Origin: Gemmatimonadota bacterium
GTDB lineage: Bacteria > 4572-55 > J002
Length of the DNA stretch: 20,000 bases
Assembly: GCA_003697105.1 (NCBI GenBank)
Contig: RFFQ01000113.1
Location: 45,378 to 65,377, forward strand
Direction of reading: 5' to 3'
The notes under the pieces are model-generated. The model did not search any database. It had not been told where the DNA came from and saw only the letters and a program-made list of their open reading frames with translations. Shown piece after piece: positions 17,701-20,000 of this stretch (position 1 is its first letter; every line of letters begins with the position of its first letter). Both the position numbers and the translations under genes were made by a program.

Positions 17701-19400
17701 CGGCGCCGTTCCTCAAACATTCCGTGATGCTCGCATTTGATGAACGCCAATTTCATCTGGCAGATGTCCCGCCGGGTGGAATTTGGGTCTCGCGGGTAGA
17801 ATCGGGACATTATCGTGACCAATACCGGGTCTGTATTAATACCATCCATGACGCCCATTTTGATCTACAACTCGTACTCAGCGACGACCTCGATCAAGCG
17901 ATGACCAAAGAATCCGTTTACTGGCATGTGGCGATCAGCGGGTATCCTTACGGGCAATCGGTGTTACCGCGAATGGGGTGTTTTGATACCGGAAGTGGCG
18001 CTTTGGCAACACGTTATACCGGCGAACTGAGCGTGTGGGAGAAAATCCGCGAGTTTTCCAGTGCTCGTATCCCCGGCAAGACGTTTCCGGGACTCAATGC
18101 GTGGCGAAAGTTGTTTATTCAAGCCTTAGCCGGATTTTATCGCGGCTGGCACAATAGCGGCTTTCAGATTGTGCCGGGCGTCATCTCGCCCAATAACATT
18201 GCCGTACCGGAACTCGATTTTTTGGAAAGTTCCACGATCTTGTCCATGATCGGCTGGCAAGAGTACACCAACACGCTTTCCCTCATTAAACCGATGCTGC
18301 AAAACTTCTACTTCAAGACGGTCGCTCACTATCCCTGGTGCAAAGATGATTTGCATGTGGATTGGATATTTGATGCCTGCCAAGAAGCGTTAGGACGGGA
18401 GCCGGCGCAGGAATTTTTCGCCCAACTCCAGACGGAACTCAGCGGGGAACGGCTGGTATGGCTGGATGGTACGCCATTGGGACAATGCCTAGAGCGGTAT
18501 CTCAAGGATAACGAGGATTTCTATTACCTGCCCCTTGCCGTCCGCAAAGCCATTGAGTGGTACAAAACGTGGGAAAAAACGAATGAGGCAATTCACTCCA
18601 CTGCCCGGAAAGAAGTGGTGTTGGAAGTGTACCGACTTTACCGGATCCATCGCTTCCCTGAAATCAATCGCTACTACTTGTACCGGTACACCTATTTTTC
18701 ACCGATGAATGACAAAGTCCATCAGGCGTTTGACCAGCTTCTTCAAGCCATGCAACGAGAACCTCAAAAACCGGCGATTGAGTTCTTGGAACTCTCTGAC
18801 CTGCAAAGTACCTTAACCCGTAATGAAGACCGCGATGTGTTCAGCCAGATGGTCTTCCCCCATGAGACGCCCCATAAATTTGATGTTCTCAAAATTGGAG
18901 ATAGCGACCACAAACAAATTTTAGTGCATTCGTATATCACCGACCGGTATGGGGAAACGTATGTCTTCCGACGACCCACTGAACCGGCCGAAATTGGCCA
19001 ATTTTACCAGTTATATTTCCCCGAAGTTATCTCAGAGCAAGACCGGCATTACATTGTGATCGACTCGCAGGAACGCGTGGTCGGTGGGATTCGTTATAAA
19101 TTGATGGAAGACCATATTGCCCAAATTGACCGAACCATCGTTTCCGCCACTCTGCGCGGACGGGGTTTGGGTCAAGCGATGGTGGAAAGTTTCTGCCGGC
19201 GGATGGAAAGTCAAGGAGTTCAACTGATCAAAACGCACTTCTTTTTACACAACTTTTATGAAAACTGTGGGTTTGTGGTCGATCACCAATGGGGTGTTCT
19301 GGTGAAGATACTGGTGCCCCAACCGGACAAATTAACTACCGAAGATTATCTCGATACCACCATAGCTGAGGATGGTGAGACGAAACCTATACGGGTTTAA
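14766..19400 (+). CDS. 1544-aa multidomain protein: long-chain acyl-CoA synthetase-like AMP-binding domain, uncharacterised helical and kinase-like middle, C-terminal GNAT
   Basis: FTSGSTGKPKG, YLPLFHTFG, GFGMTE, TGD, IDRTKD...KGQTVAP, GELTP in aa about 70-620; V-x-x-x-LRGRGLG and FYENCGF near the C-terminus; one uninterrupted ORF. Confidence 0.88.
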   Translation: MDISKQIEQWQHQPGIETAVGLLEAMETTPVQVELAPSCLRLTGKSDFLRNLPQYELRLRWAQTALRWIRETPFKLVDLFTMRVKEYPNRVLFQEMRGTMPHYWTYRQVDRMVKEIATAFYTVVPASPRVAIFAENCLGGACADLACLFYDILDTPLNIHFDDETLLDILDRLQINIVVTDTESRCRRLENLRRKTARPFVVFVVQRQIKLHENDTYFLDEYCKHLSQEQIDTQLANRPRRDLRDVATVMFTSGSTGKPKGIAFSEYHLVSKRFCRAAALPKVGDNEVLLCYLPLFHTFGRYLEMLGTIYWGGTYVFTTNTSAENLLSLFPQVNPTGFISVPIRWVQLYEKCLKKIKHETDLQAVQLAVRSVIGHRLRWGLSAAGYLDPKIFRFFQRNGVDLCSGFGMTEATGGITMTPPGNYVENAVGIALPGIDIRLTDNGEMQISGHYIARYLDDLPSASAAIPYPEEEVYWLSTGDLFQVTPEGFYQIIDRTKDIYKNNKGQTVAPVKMEKKFTGVPGIKRTFLVGDGKPYNVLFIVPDETSDFMQKFRTEESRREYFQQLITTANQKLAPYERVINFAILDRDFDLKRGELTPKGSFNRKIIVAHFSHLIDELYQREYVELACDEVCVRIPRWFFRDQGMLEGSISISRMGLHNLTTGKMLPLKRVAESGTTLIGDLEYTVTNGVIDLGLFSRQPRLWVGNPALIAFCICKEGWDVPLDGVSAHLFRPWEIARQYDPTELPVPQKVRDAELLRINRLVCTAILGPTELAYSALEELSTALTEVDSRLGDVIRRRLETLARHPDEDIRCFAYQILLLDEPVSNYNLAFPAFMQSGLSFLNKKSIENIAFGKMEKKRLEALRQRLFSYRMQLNWPLNESMRQQFERIFQLLVSFVDQHPEFYHPLRAELASWVLHRNDRALAEIAERYFNELYQVYQSKFEGDLDTYQQADWDEKIVFDDGLVADEIQRIKAVFRAAPFLKHSVMLAFDERQFHLADVPPGGIWVSRVESGHYRDQYRVCINTIHDAHFDLQLVLSDDLDQAMTKESVYWHVAISGYPYGQSVLPRMGCFDTGSGALATRYTGELSVWEKIREFSSARIPGKTFPGLNAWRKLFIQALAGFYRGWHNSGFQIVPGVISPNNIAVPELDFLESSTILSMIGWQEYTNTLSLIKPMLQNFYFKTVAHYPWCKDDLHVDWIFDACQEALGREPAQEFFAQLQTELSGERLVWLDGTPLGQCLERYLKDNEDFYYLPLAVRKAIEWYKTWEKTNEAIHSTARKEVVLEVYRLYRIHRFPEINRYYLYRYTYFSPMNDKVHQAFDQLLQAMQREPQKPAIEFLELSDLQSTLTRNEDRDVFSQMVFPHETPHKFDVLKIGDSDHKQILVHSYITDRYGETYVFRRPTEPAEIGQFYQLYFPEVISEQDRHYIVIDSQERVVGGIRYKLMEDHIAQIDRTIVSATLRGRGLGQAMVESFCRRMESQGVQLIKTHFFLHNFYENCGFVVDHQWGVLVKILVPQPDKLTTEDYLDTTIAEDGETKPIRV

Positions 19401-19577
19401 CCGCTTTATTTGCCATAACTTGCCTGCTTTTCAGGCGTTGCGATGATTCTGATGGCTGGTGGACTTGTCCCGGGCTTGGTGATGAAATCATTCCGTCTAT
19501 TATATGGCGTATCCAACCGGATTCAAACTCGTGACTTATCTTATCTTATTTTTTTGAAACCCCGGTAAAAGTTGGTC

Positions 19578-19606
19578 TTGATTTTTTTTGATCTCTGTGT
19601 TATTAT
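19578..19606 (+). promoter_or_regulatory. Candidate sigma70 promoter (extended -10) for the Calx-beta gene
   Basis: TTGATT-N17-TATTAT with TG-n before the -10; AT-rich context. Confidence 0.55.
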
Positions 19607-19736
19607 GATTGCTATCAATCCGCGATTTTTGCATTCTGCACTGCTCACCCCCCCCTCGTATAAATCTAAAAATCCAATATGTTTTTTCAAATCGTTCCTC
19701 TTCTATTTATCTTTCTTCCAATATAAGGAGGCAGGT

Positions 19737-20000
19737 ATGTCAACTTCTAGGTTTTCATTTATATTCGTAGTCGCTCTGTTGCTGGGGCTATTTGGCTTTT
19801 CACAGGTTCAGGCAGTATCATCAGCGTCACTTTCCATTGCGGATAGTAGCGCCGTTGAGGATTCTGGTACGCTAAGTTTTCGGGTGACGCTTAGTGCGGC
19901 GGTTGCTGGTGGGGTAACTGTTAATTACAACACCACTTACGGGACGGCGACCTCCGGTGATTTTACGCCGGTTAGTAATGGTGTGCTGACGTTTAGTCCT
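19737..20000 (+). CDS. Secreted/surface protein with signal peptide and Calx-beta domain (3' truncated by the window edge)
   Basis: TAAGGAGG SD then ATG; MSTSRFSFIFVVALLLGLFGFSQVQA signal peptide; LSIADSSAVEDSGTLSFRVTLS...VTVNYNTTYGTATSGDF...GVLTFSP matches the Calx-beta pattern; open to the window end. Confidence 0.85.
   Translation, partial: MSTSRFSFIFVVALLLGLFGFSQVQAVSSASLSIADSSAVEDSGTLSFRVTLSAAVAGGVTVNYNTTYGTATSGDFTPVSNGVLTFSP

Noticed and set aside
14766-19400. NRPS or carboxylic acid reductase interpretation of the giant AMP-binding protein
   Set aside because: No phosphopantetheine-attachment motif, HHxxxDG condensation motif or terminal reductase seen; the adenylation motifs look like long-chain acyl-CoA synthetase
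19401-19540. Possible ncRNA, riboswitch or terminator after the giant gene
   Set aside because: Only a 5-bp hairpin (GCCTG/CAGGC, 19422-19436) without a U-tract; no recognisable RNA family motif

Overview
Bacterial chromosomal window (about 50% GC by eye) with no mobile element, CRISPR array, rRNA or tRNA visible. The left end holds a partial IscA/HesB Fe-S carrier gene (+). It converges on a tightly coupled minus-strand run: ferritin, HugZ-like heme protein, ElaA-like GNAT, RsmB/NOP methyltransferase, an uncharacterised tandem HEAT/Zn-ribbon protein and rlmN. Further right on the minus strand are pgi, trmL, an unannotated 47-aa membrane ORF and a three-protease run (rhomboid, SDH/ClpP-class serine protease, M32 carboxypeptidase) behind a near-consensus sigma70 promoter. 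The divergent plus-strand run encodes a YhcC/YtqA(MnmL)-type radical SAM enzyme fused to an MnmD/MnmC2-type methyltransferase, an MDR-family dehydrogenase lacking Zn ligands, and a 1544-aa protein joining an acyl-CoA ligase-like domain, a helical region, an apparent pseudokinase fold and a C-terminal GNAT. The window ends in the start of a secreted Calx-beta protein. The best novelty candidates are the 1544-aa ligase/pseudokinase/GNAT protein, the radical SAM-methyltransferase fusion, the duplicated HEAT-Zn ribbon protein and a promoter-plus-terminator leader upstream of ferritin. All family calls come from motif recognition by eye; no searches were run.
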